Assembly: GCA_965205265.1 (NCBI GenBank)
Contig: CBDBGH010000003.1
Location: 4,800,001-4,864,000, forward strand
Length of the DNA: 64,000 nucleotides
Source of the DNA: Alphaproteobacteria bacterium
GTDB lineage: Bacteria > Pseudomonadota > Alphaproteobacteria > Bin95
Direction of reading: 5' to 3'
Numbering within the stretch: position 1 is the stretch's first letter; each line of letters opens with the position of its first letter. A program made the translations under genes and the position numbers. The notes below the pieces were generated by a model. That model searched no databases. It was given only the letters and a program-made list of their open reading frames with translations, and was not told the DNA's origin. Positions 1 to 8,672 of the stretch are shown here, piece by piece.

Positions 1-505
1 CCGCGTGCCGGCCTTCGGGCTCCCGCCGGTCGAGTGGATCATCGCCGGCGGCGAGAGCCAGACCGGAGCCCGCCCGATGCATCCGTCCTGGGTGAGGGAG
101 CTGCGGGACCGGTGCGCGCCTGTCGCGCTGCCCTTTTTCTTCAAGCAGTGGGGCGACTGGTTGCCGGGGGAATACGTCGCGTCGGACAGTCCCGGGGACC
201 GTTTCGGCTACAATCTCAGGCAGGACGGCGTCAGGGGGGACTGGGACGACTGGGAAGACGGCCCGCTCGGGCCGGGCCGCTACGCCTGCTGGGACTCCGG
301 CGGCGGCGTCCACTACGATGTGTCGCGGGATCGCAAGAAGCGGGCCGCGTTTCTGGAACGCTACGGGCGGCCGACAGCCTGGGCCTTCCGTGTCGGGAAG
401 AAGAAGGCCGAACGCCTGTTGGACGGGCGGTTGCACGACGCCATGCCGCCGATGCCTGACCCGTTCCCGATGCCTGACCCGTTCCCGATGCGTGAGGCCG
501 CGTGA
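1..505 (+). CDS. DUF5131 (phage Gp37/Gp68) family protein, 5'-truncated at window edge
   Basis: VEWIIAGGES..ARPMHPSWVRELRDRC...PFFFKQWG and RVGKKKA.RLLDGR.HD motifs; ends in an 18-bp tandem repeat (PMPDPF x2). Confidence 0.85.
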   Translation, partial: RVPAFGLPPVEWIIAGGESQTGARPMHPSWVRELRDRCAPVALPFFFKQWGDWLPGEYVASDSPGDRFGYNLRQDGVRGDWDDWEDGPLGPGRYACWDSGGGVHYDVSRDRKKRAAFLERYGRPTAWAFRVGKKKAERLLDGRLHDAMPPMPDPFPMPDPFPMREAA

Positions 506-1530
506 GCGCCCGGGGTGAATCCGATGCGGGGGCCGCTGCCATGAAGGCGACCGTCTGGAATCCGGTGACGGGCTGTTCGGTCGTCTCGCCGGGATGCGAG
601 AATTGCGATGCGATGAGGCTGGCCGGAAGGGCGGGGGCCCAGCCGGCGGCCCGGGCCGGGCTCACCCGTCCGGGCAAGACGGGTCCGGTGTGGAACGGCG
701 CGCTGCGGCTGAACAGGGAGTCGGTCAACGACCCCCTGGTGACCTGGAGGAAGCCGCGCTGGATTGTCGTGAATGCCCATGGCGATCTTTTCCATGAGAC
801 GATTCCGCACAAATGGATCGACCTGGTGTTTTCCGTCATGGCGATGGCGCGCCGGCACTGGTTCTATGTCTGCACGAAGCGCCCGGAGCGGATGCACAGA
901 TATCTTGCGGAGCCCCGGGTGAGGCGCACGGTGGCGGAAGGCCCGCCTCTCCTGATCGAGCGCATGGAAAACATCATCGACGCCCGGTGGGAAGTCCGTC
1001 GGACGACCTGGCCCTGGGCGCATGAGGAAAGCGAGCGCTGGCCGCTCCGCAACCTCTGTCTGGCGGTCTCGGTGGAGGACCGGGAACGCCTGACGCGCCT
1101 GGACTGGCTTCGCGGGACCGAGGCGGCGGCCCGGGCCCTGGTGCTGGAGCCCCTGCTCGAGGACCCCGGTGTCCTGAACCTGGACGGACTCCATTGGGTG
1201 GTTCTCGGAGGGGAAACCGGACCGCAAGCGCGCCCGATGCACCCCGATTGGGTGCGATCGGTCCGGGACCAGTGCCTGGAGGCCGGGGTGCCGTTCTATT
1301 TCCGCCAGTGGGGCAATTGGGGCGGTCCCTGGGCCCCCGGCCCCGGACGGTCCGGCAGGCGGAACGCCTGGAAGCTCGAGACCCTGAACCACAAGCCCCT
1401 TCCGGGCAATGCCGGCCTCTACATGATGCGGGTCGGCAAGAAGCGTGCGGGCCGCGAACTCGACGGCAGGACGCATGACGACCTGCCGACGGTATGGGGA
1501 CCGGCGCAGGCCGGGCGGGCCGCGCCGTGA
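502..1530 (+). CDS. DUF5131 (Gp37/Gp68) family protein
   Basis: WNPVTGCSVVSPGCENC Cys motif, GDLFHE, TKRPERM, WVVLGGETGPQARPMHPDWVR; GTGA overlap with upstream gene; alternative ATG at 541. Confidence 0.9.
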   Translation: MSARGESDAGAAAMKATVWNPVTGCSVVSPGCENCDAMRLAGRAGAQPAARAGLTRPGKTGPVWNGALRLNRESVNDPLVTWRKPRWIVVNAHGDLFHETIPHKWIDLVFSVMAMARRHWFYVCTKRPERMHRYLAEPRVRRTVAEGPPLLIERMENIIDARWEVRRTTWPWAHEESERWPLRNLCLAVSVEDRERLTRLDWLRGTEAAARALVLEPLLEDPGVLNLDGLHWVVLGGETGPQARPMHPDWVRSVRDQCLEAGVPFYFRQWGNWGGPWAPGPGRSGRRNAWKLETLNHKPLPGNAGLYMMRVGKKRAGRELDGRTHDDLPTVWGPAQAGRAAP

Positions 1531-2633
1531 GCGAGGGGTTCAGGCCGCAAGACGGCAATCCCGCCATCTGGCGTCCGCTGCATGCGGGCGAGGACGGGAT
1601 GGACGCGACGGTGCGGAAAAGCGCTTCGATACATCTGCCGCGGTCGATCCCGGGGACCAGGCTGCTTGAGGTGTCCCCGGAGATCGATCCGTTCGACCGG
1701 CGCGTTGCGGACGATCTGCGCGACCGGATATGGGGGACGATGCTTGCCTGCCAGGAGCACCGGTTCCTGGTGACGACCGCGCATACGGACCGCATGGCGG
1801 CGTATCTGGAGGCTGGCCCGCGGCGGTTCTGGCGCGACTATGCGGCGGACGTTCCGGCCAATGCCTTCCGCGGAATTCCCGCAGGCGGCGACGACGGGAT
1901 CGGCGACGGTGCGCTGCCGGGCAATATCTGGCTCGGAGCCCGCGTATCGAATACGGCCGACCTCAGGGCCCGGGCTCCGGCCCTTCTGGGCCTGGAGGCG
2001 CCTGTAAGGGTCCTGAAGGCCGTTCCGCTGACGGGCAATCTCTGCGTGCCGACGGGATATTCGACGGTATCTCTCGAGACCTTCGCAACGAGCCCTTGCG
2101 ATATGGACGGTGCGAGGGCGATGCATCCGCACTGGCGGCACGAACAGGGCAGCTACAACATGCTGGCCGGGACCTGGTGGGCGGCGGTCGGCGATCCCGA
2201 TTTCGAGTCCTCTTCAGTGGAGGAGGAATTGCCGCGCATCCACTGGATCCTCGCCGGCGGCTCGTCGGGCCCGGACAGCGAGCCGGTGCATCCCGACTGG
2301 GTCCGAGGCCTGCGGGACCTCTGTGCGGGTTACGGCATTCCGTTCCTGTTCCAGGGTTGGGGCGACTGGACCTGGGACGAGGAGGCGACGTTCGAGGAGG
2401 CGGCCCGTGTGGCCGGCGGTCGCGACCATGTCCACTACAGCTGCGGCAGGACGGCAATCCGTTCGGCGCCCGGGCCGCGCGAGGGTCCGGAAAAGCCCTT
2501 CGGCGCAGGCCTCGATGGCGAGGAGCATGCCGGTCTGCCGTCGGCAGACGCCGATTTCCGGGACACGGAACGCCCGGCGATGGCGCTCGGCGTCCGGGAC
2601 CGCGTCCACCGACCGGAGGAGCCGGAACTTTAG
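1527..2633 (+). CDS. DUF5131 family protein, divergent, lacking the N-terminal Cys motif
   Basis: LPGNIWLG, IHWILAGGSSGP.SEPVHPDWVRGLRD.C...PFLFQGWG; GTGA overlap at 1527. Confidence 0.8.
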   Translation: MSEGFRPQDGNPAIWRPLHAGEDGMDATVRKSASIHLPRSIPGTRLLEVSPEIDPFDRRVADDLRDRIWGTMLACQEHRFLVTTAHTDRMAAYLEAGPRRFWRDYAADVPANAFRGIPAGGDDGIGDGALPGNIWLGARVSNTADLRARAPALLGLEAPVRVLKAVPLTGNLCVPTGYSTVSLETFATSPCDMDGARAMHPHWRHEQGSYNMLAGTWWAAVGDPDFESSSVEEELPRIHWILAGGSSGPDSEPVHPDWVRGLRDLCAGYGIPFLFQGWGDWTWDEEATFEEAARVAGGRDHVHYSCGRTAIRSAPGPREGPEKPFGAGLDGEEHAGLPSADADFRDTERPAMALGVRDRVHRPEEPEL

Positions 2634-2752
2634 CGAAGGCTGCTTGAGGGCTCCCGTGTGTTAGCGACGGTTAGGAAGGGCGTTTATTTGCTGGCGCGGA
2701 ACGGCCGGTTTGTGCGGCTTGCGAGCAGCGTCGCATGGGTTAGGTGTTGCGT

Positions 2753-3646
2753 TCATCTGATTGGGCGGTCATCGGTTTCGAGCGGCTCGCCGTCGCGGTC
2801 ACGGATGAGCATGTCGTTCCAGTCCTGGTTTTCGAGGGCCGGTCGCATTCGGACGATTCTTGTGTCGTTGTCTTGCATGCGGCGGGCGGCGTGATCGCCG
2901 TATCGTGTAGCGTCCCAGGCACAGAAGATACGGCGCGGGTTCCAGGCCTCGACCCATTTGGGGATTCTGGCCGTGATGGCGCCGGTGGAGACGACGGCGC
3001 ATTTGCTGCGTTTTTCCGGGACGAGGTGGAGGGAGAGGATCGACAGGGCGTCGAGGGCGCTGCCGGTGAGGATGACGGTGCCGGGCCAGTCGGGCTCCCA
3101 TGACATCCAGAAGCCGCCGTCTGCGGCCGGCTCCTGCGCTGCGGGGAGGGTCTCTATGCCGACCACCTTGCTGGCGGCGTTTCGGCGGAGGAACACGGGA
3201 TTGCCGCGCCGGTCGGCACGGATCAGGCCGAGGCCTCGGCATAGCTCGACGAGCGCGTCGGCGAGGCCGCGCTGCTCGATGAGGTATTGCCGCAGCGCCG
3301 GCCAGCGAGGGTCCTGGCACGAGGGCTCCGCCTCACAGCGACTGTTCGGGAGCCGTGAGTGGCGCGGCAGTTGGGCGAGGAAGTCGAGGGCTTCGGTCGT
3401 TGGGCATCCGAGCGCATGAACCGCCAGCTGGATGGCCCCGGCGCCTCCCTCTCCGCGCAGATGGTCGTAGAACATGAAGCGGTTGATGGAGAGGACCGAA
3501 CCGGCTCGTCTCCAGCGCGCGGCATCGGCGGGATCGCGGCGATAGCCGAGGGCGTGGACCACGTCTTCGAGGGGGCAGCTTCGCAGCCCCTCGGCCCGCA
3601 GGCGGCGATCCCATGGATGCAGATGCTGCACGGCTGGCTCAGGCAT
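2753..3646 (-). CDS. Primase-like Toprim-domain protein (DUF3991/Toprim-like)
   Basis: [55 protein letters not shown]; ATG overlaps the istB stop. Confidence 0.7.
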   Translation of the reverse strand: MPEPAVQHLHPWDRRLRAEGLRSCPLEDVVHALGYRRDPADAARWRRAGSVLSINRFMFYDHLRGEGGAGAIQLAVHALGCPTTEALDFLAQLPRHSRLPNSRCEAEPSCQDPRWPALRQYLIEQRGLADALVELCRGLGLIRADRRGNPVFLRRNAASKVVGIETLPAAQEPAADGGFWMSWEPDWPGTVILTGSALDALSILSLHLVPEKRSKCAVVSTGAITARIPKWVEAWNPRRIFCAWDATRYGDHAARRMQDNDTRIVRMRPALENQDWNDMLIRDRDGEPLETDDRPIR

Positions 3647-4424
3647 CCCCCGTGTCTTGCGCCGTGCTCTTGCCCGCTCCTTTTGCCGATCGCCGCCGGC
3701 GGCGATCGGCGCTGCGCTGCTTCTGGCGTTCCTCGGCCTCCTTGCGGCGGTATGAGTCGCCGTCGATGGCGAGGATCTCGGCATTGTGGACGAGCCGGTC
3801 GACAAGGGCCACGAGGCAGGCGGCGTTGGGGAAGGCCTCGCTCCACTCGGCGAAGGGGCGGTTTGTGGTGATGATGGTGGAGCGCTGCTGGCTGCGGCTT
3901 GAGACGATATTGAACAGCAGGTCGGCATGACGGTTGGAGTAGGAGAGATATCCGACTTCGTCGATGACCAGGAGGTGCTGGCGGGCGTAGAAGCGCAGCC
4001 TGCGCTGGAGCATTGTGTCGGAGTCGATGGCGGCGAGCTCGCCGAGCAGGCTGGCGGCGGTTGCGAAGCGCACGGTGTGGCCTTCGAGGACGGCGCGGTG
4101 TGCGATATTGGCGGCGATTGTGGACTTGCCGACGCCGTTGGGGCCGATGAGGACGACATTGGCGCCCTCGCGGAGGAAGTTGAGGGTCATGAGGTCCTCG
4201 ACGGCCATGCGGTCGCATCGCCTTGGCCAGTCCCAGTCGAAGTCGGCGAGCGGCTTGAACTGTCCGAGGCGGGCGGCGGTGAGGCGTCGCCTGAGGCTTC
4301 GGCTTCGCCTCTCTTCCTCTTCCCATGCGATCAGGGGCGGGAGCCAGTCGCGCTCCGCAACCTCGCTCCAGTGGGCGAGGAGGCCGTGCAGTCCGAGCGC
4401 CGTGGCGCGGTCCTTGAGGGTCAT
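3639..4424 (-). CDS. istB: IS21 helper ATPase IstB
   Basis: Walker A GPNGVGKS, Walker [28 protein letters not shown]. Confidence 0.95.
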   Translation of the reverse strand: MTLKDRATALGLHGLLAHWSEVAERDWLPPLIAWEEEERRSRSLRRRLTAARLGQFKPLADFDWDWPRRCDRMAVEDLMTLNFLREGANVVLIGPNGVGKSTIAANIAHRAVLEGHTVRFATAASLLGELAAIDSDTMLQRRLRFYARQHLLVIDEVGYLSYSNRHADLLFNIVSSRSQQRSTIITTNRPFAEWSEAFPNAACLVALVDRLVHNAEILAIDGDSYRRKEAEERQKQRSADRRRRRSAKGAGKSTAQDTGDA

Positions 4425-5926
4425 TCTTCGCTGTCCTCCTCGTGGTGGCTTGCGAGCCCGTCGTATCCGCCGAGGTCGTGATCGCGGACCGCGATATCGC
4501 GCAGTCTTGGATCGCCGGGCAGGTCGATGGGGATGGGTGGTGGCTCGTTGCGCTGTTCGCGCCGCCGGTTCAGGCTGAAGCGCACCGCATTGGGATGGGG
4601 GACGCCGCGCTCAAGGGCTTCATCGATGGCGGCTTCGAGTTCGACGGCTCCGTAGTCGTCGAGCAGGCGCAGCAGGGAGGCGACGGTTGTGCCGATATTG
4701 CCGCCGCGCCTGGCGGTCTCGGCAAGCAGGCGCTCGCTGTCGGGGGCGGCCTGGAGAAGGCGGCTCTGCCCGCGCAGGCGGTGGGCGTGACGTTTGAGCC
4801 TGACCAGCTCCTCGATGTGCTCGGGGGTCTCGATGCGGGCCGCCTTGTCGAAGCTGCGCGGATGACGGGCGACGGTGTCGGCGCCGTCGAGGATGCGTAC
4901 CTCCTCCAGTGTCGCGACCACGGTGAGGGTGCGCCGCGTATGGGTATGCGGGACGCTATAGTCATTGAGGTCGAACCTGGCGTAGGGGGTCTTGCCGATC
5001 CTGACCTCGACCCTCTCGTCGACGGGGGGCCGGTCGTCGGGCAGCGCCATCAGGGAGCCGCGCTCGCGCTCGAAGGCCTCGCGCACGGTGAGGGAGCGGT
5101 CGTCCGGCCAGCGACGGTCGGCGGCGACGCCGTCGCACCAGGCGCGGGCCCGGGCGTTCAGGTCGTCGAGGTCGCGCCAGGCGCGGGCGGCGAAGAAGTT
5201 GTCGCGCACATAGCGTATGGCGCGCTCCACGCGCCCCTTCTCGTTGCCGCGCGCGACCGCGACCGGCTTGGGCAGGAAGCGGTAGCGGGCGGCGAAGTCG
5301 AGGAGCCGGGGGTTGAACCGGATGGCGTCGCCCTGGCGCTCCAGCACGACGCTCTTCAGGTTGTCGTACCATAGCTCGCGGGGCACGCCCTGCCAGGCCT
5401 CGAAGGCCTCGACATGGCCGCGCAGGAAGTTGTCCATCGCGGCATTGAGGTAGAAGTGCAGGAAGATGCGGCGCGAGTAGCTCAGCACCATCACGAAGCC
5501 CATCAGCGGGCGCTCCGCGCGCCCGATCCTCACCTTGCCGAAGTGGGCCCAGTCCACCTGGGCCAGCTCGCCGGGCAGGGTCTTGAGGCGCAGATAGGCC
5601 TCGGCCACAGGCCGCGGGCGCTCCGGCGCGATCATGCGCCGGAAGTGGCTCTGGCTGCCCCGGTAGCCGCGCTCGACCGCCATCTGGTAGAGCCGGCTGG
5701 CTGGCAGCCTGGGCCAGACCGCCAGGGTCTGGCGGATGAAGGGCCGGAACGGATCGATCATCGAAGCCCTGCGCCGCCTCTCACGCGCGGGCGCCCCGGC
5801 GGCCGCTACCGCGCGCTCGACCGTGCCGTGGTGGACGCCGAGCTGGCGCGCGATCGTGCCGATCCTCCACTTCTCGGCAAAATACAGCCGCTGGATCTCG
5901 GCACGGGTCTGCTTGTCGATCGCCAT
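4421..5926 (-). CDS. istA: IS21 transposase IstA
   Basis: N-terminal HTH, PGELAQVDW, YDNLKS, KGRVER DDE motifs; start MAIDKQ after GGGAGTGAG. Confidence 0.95.
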   Translation of the reverse strand: MAIDKQTRAEIQRLYFAEKWRIGTIARQLGVHHGTVERAVAAAGAPARERRRRASMIDPFRPFIRQTLAVWPRLPASRLYQMAVERGYRGSQSHFRRMIAPERPRPVAEAYLRLKTLPGELAQVDWAHFGKVRIGRAERPLMGFVMVLSYSRRIFLHFYLNAAMDNFLRGHVEAFEAWQGVPRELWYDNLKSVVLERQGDAIRFNPRLLDFAARYRFLPKPVAVARGNEKGRVERAIRYVRDNFFAARAWRDLDDLNARARAWCDGVAADRRWPDDRSLTVREAFERERGSLMALPDDRPPVDERVEVRIGKTPYARFDLNDYSVPHTHTRRTLTVVATLEEVRILDGADTVARHPRSFDKAARIETPEHIEELVRLKRHAHRLRGQSRLLQAAPDSERLLAETARRGGNIGTTVASLLRLLDDYGAVELEAAIDEALERGVPHPNAVRFSLNRRREQRNEPPPIPIDLPGDPRLRDIAVRDHDLGGYDGLASHHEEDSEE

Positions 5927-5927
5927 C

Positions 5928-6362
5928 TCACTCCCTTCGCGCCTGGCGCAGGCCCGGATAGACCGCCAGGCCGCAGAACCGACCGCAGCGCTCGCAGCGG
6001 AACACCCGGGCGGGACGGTCGGGCCCGAAGGGCCGGGTTCCGGACCGCCCCGCCGGTATGCGCGCCACATCAGGACGCCGGCGCGCGACGGTCAAAGGGT
6101 GATGCGTCACTTTCTGCGCGATGGCCCGAACTGCCGGCTGCCGCACACGGCGCCGTTCGCGGTAGCGCCGCTGGCGCTCGGCATGCTTGTGACGGCCCCG
6201 GCGGCTGTTCTGGTAGCGCTGCCCCGCAAGGCGCACCGACCGACGCCGCGCCCGCCCGCTGCAACGCGGCGAACAGTAGATATGGCCAGAGTCGCAGCGC
6301 CGGCAGAGAACCACCTGGCGGCGGCACAGGGCGCAGGTGAACAGGCGGGCGGCGTTCCTCAT
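5928..6362 (-). CDS. Cys-rich basic hypothetical protein inside IS21
   Basis: CxxC..CxxC..YCSxxC followed by Arg-rich helix; stop lies 1 nt from the istA start. Confidence 0.7.
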   Translation of the reverse strand: MRNAARLFTCALCRRQVVLCRRCDSGHIYCSPRCSGRARRRSVRLAGQRYQNSRRGRHKHAERQRRYRERRRVRQPAVRAIAQKVTHHPLTVARRRPDVARIPAGRSGTRPFGPDRPARVFRCERCGRFCGLAVYPGLRQARRE

Positions 6363-6591
6363 CGCGACCGATGAGAACGGGGTGGACCCACGCCCGGACG
6401 CGCACGATACTGCGCTTCCGGGCCGCGCCTTGCATGGCTCGGGGGGTGCGGCGCCGGTCGTTGCCACCAAGCCAACGGGGCCGGCGCCGCATCGTTCTCA
6501 GAAGCCCCAGTCTACCCCCTGCCGCAGCCCGGGAACGGCCAACCCGGTCGCCAGGACGTCGCCGCCCTCCGGGAGGCGAAAATCTCAACGC

Positions 6592-6648
6592 GACGGGGGC
6601 CGAGGACTCCGGTCGGGCTACGCCCTCCTTCCGTCCTCGGCCCCCGTC
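6592..6648. repeat. Perfect 16-bp stem hairpin inside the IS21 end
   Basis: GACGGGGGCCGAGGAC / GTCCTCGGCCCCCGTC with a 25-nt loop holding GGGC-TAC-GCCC. Confidence 0.85.
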
Positions 6649-6788
6649 ATAAACCCGGCCGCGCCTGTCTCACGCTGTTTGTCGTGCGCACCACAAAAGC
6701 GCGCTACGCCAGCAAATATGCGCCCTTTATGATAATCACCGACACCCGTGTGAAGGATCGCACGGCAATCAGTGCAGGGGAACGAACG

Positions 6789-7421
6789 ATGAGCTATGCC
6801 CGGGCAAAACTAGGGCCGACCTTCATAGGCGTGGCTGTGGGCCTGGCAATCGTAGCAGGCGTTGTGGCGGTGGGGGCGGGGCTGCTATGGGTCATGGGCG
6901 CGTTCACCCAGGCAACGTCCGCGTCTTCGGGGGGGTATTCAATGTTCATTAGCGAGGCTCCGCGCCAGGAAGTGGCCGGGACCGCCCTATCCCCCGCGGC
7001 GTCGTCTGTCACTCTTTCCTGGTCGGATTACCCGTTCAGACCGAGAGGGACGAAACTCATCAGGGTGGGCGACCAATGGAACGCCTATCTCGATTCATGG
7101 AGTCCGGTTCACTGGTATCGCGTGGAGCTGGAGGCGGGGAAGGCCTATGCGGTCGATCTGGCTGTGGCCGGAGACGAAAGCGCGGAGGCCGGGGGCGACG
7201 TGGAAGACGGGCCCCGGCTGGACGCAGTCTGGGATCTTCGGGGCAATCGGGTGTCGGGAGAAGTTCGGAGCGCGACCCGCCCCATGTTGAAGCTGGGCAG
7301 GAACGCCACTCTCGAGAGCCTGACGAAACGAGTGCAACAGCTGATTGTCGTGCCGGAAATGGGCGGCTTCCACTTCATTCCGGTGACGACAAGCGTGGAA
7401 CTCGCCAGCGGCGGAGAATGA
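6789..7421 (+). CDS. Membrane-anchored protein with PPC-like beta domain (paralog of 22579-23172)
   Basis: N-terminal TM; HWYRVELEAGKAYAVDL resembles HWFRVKLYPDEKYWIDL. Confidence 0.6.
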   Translation: MSYARAKLGPTFIGVAVGLAIVAGVVAVGAGLLWVMGAFTQATSASSGGYSMFISEAPRQEVAGTALSPAASSVTLSWSDYPFRPRGTKLIRVGDQWNAYLDSWSPVHWYRVELEAGKAYAVDLAVAGDESAEAGGDVEDGPRLDAVWDLRGNRVSGEVRSATRPMLKLGRNATLESLTKRVQQLIVVPEMGGFHFIPVTTSVELASGGE

Positions 7422-7646
7422 ACGCCGGTATTCCGACGGCCTGAGGATGACCGGCCGTGCCGGTCCGCGGCAAATCGCAATCCGATTGAAGCCTCGTAAT
7501 TGCTTTTGCCGGAGACGCGCAGGTTTACCTGGCTGGCGCTGCGGCGGTCGGCGCTGCGCTGGTGATGCTGGCTCTTGCGGGCCGGTGTGCGAGGGCCTGA
7601 CAATCGGGGCTTGCGGTTCTGGGATGAACCAGTGGAACCCGCTCTT

Positions 7647-8450
7647 TCACGGTTCCGGTGAACCGCGACTGCCACGCCCGAACACCGTGTTCAGCATCAC
7701 CTCGGTGTCACGGTAGTCGGGCGCCTCAATCCTTGCGATCTCGGTTCTCTCGAACGCAAGATCGGGGTTTGCGCGCGCGGCATGCCGGGGCGGCAGGCGT
7801 TCGATCTCTTCCGGATCGAACTTCCGCACGACGCGTTTGCGAGCAAGGGCGACCCCGCCGGTGTGTCTGGCCGGCCAGGTCGTCATCCCCAGCCCGTCCT
7901 CTTCAAGCCACTGCGCGGCTTCGCGCGTGCTCGTGCCCAGCATTCGCTTGTGCCCGTACTTCCATTGCCCGACGCTTTGCACGGCATTCCTGCGGCAATC
8001 CCGGCGCCGGTCCTCAAGCGCGACGATGGCGCCCGCCTCGTCGGGCACCGCGAAGGCCCGGGCATCGAACATGGCAGTGCCGGCGCGCGCCGCATGTCCG
8101 CCGTTGAGGGATGCGATGCTTGCGTTGAAGGAGGTCGTCATGGCCGCAGCGGTCAGGCTGACGAGCTTTTGCAGCTTTCCGCCGAACGGCGGTTGTGCCT
8201 TGCCCTGTGCCCGGAGCACCAGGGTCACCTCGTCGCTCTGCGTATAGGCATGGAGAGCCCCGGTCATACCGAGCGCCGCCTCTGCCGCGGCGACCATGGC
8301 GTCTCTCAGCGAGTCGTCGAACGGGCGCCGGAGCCCCTTTGTCCAGCGGTGGAACCCCCGGCCGTCGAGCCGGACGATCCAGGGGGCGTCGGCGGGCAAT
8401 CTTCTGGCCCACCGGCGTTCCCATTCCTTGGAGAGTGCGTCGTCATGCAC
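7647..8450 (-). CDS. tRNA(His) guanylyltransferase Thg1-like protein (3'-5' polymerase)
   Basis: IVRLDGRGFH, PFD, YTQSDEVTL, FGGKLQKLVS, FDARAF, RRRDCRRNAV motifs. Confidence 0.9.
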   Translation of the reverse strand: MHDDALSKEWERRWARRLPADAPWIVRLDGRGFHRWTKGLRRPFDDSLRDAMVAAAEAALGMTGALHAYTQSDEVTLVLRAQGKAQPPFGGKLQKLVSLTAAAMTTSFNASIASLNGGHAARAGTAMFDARAFAVPDEAGAIVALEDRRRDCRRNAVQSVGQWKYGHKRMLGTSTREAAQWLEEDGLGMTTWPARHTGGVALARKRVVRKFDPEEIERLPPRHAARANPDLAFERTEIARIEAPDYRDTEVMLNTVFGRGSRGSPEP

Positions 8451-8493
8451 GGCGGGTGTCCCCCGGGTTCCCTGAAGGAGCGTTGCCAGAAAG

Positions 8494-8530
8494 CCGATAT
8501 GTCCATCCGATTGTCATGTCAATCCGATTG
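8494..8530 (-). promoter_or_regulatory. Operator-bearing promoter for Thg1
   Basis: Minus strand CAATCGGA-TTGACA-TGACAATCGGATGGACA-TATCGG; weak -10. Confidence 0.55.
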
Positions 8531-8672
8531 CGCACGAATGGCAAGTCGGGCAGTCGGGACAGTCCGAACCCCCGTGTGACGTGGAGAGTTTTCCGGTTTT
8601 CACGGAAAGCCCGTAGCCTTGGTTCGCGCGCGCTGGGGCGCGTCGTGAACGCGCGGGAGCCGGAGTGGGCGG

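Larger units (their letters stand above)
2659..6744 (-). mobile_element. IS21-family element (4086 bp) with Zn-finger ORF, istA, istB and a Toprim passenger
   Basis: Imperfect terminal IRs TGTTAGCGACGGTTAGGAAGGGCGTTTATTTGCTGGCG vs TGTCGGTGATTATCATAAAGGGCGCATATTTGCTGGCG; 6-bp duplication CCCGTG at 2653-2658 and 6745-6750. Confidence 0.92.

Noticed and set aside
449-491. 18-bp tandem repeat
   Set aside because: It is only a two-unit in-frame duplication (PMPDPF) in a low-complexity tail.
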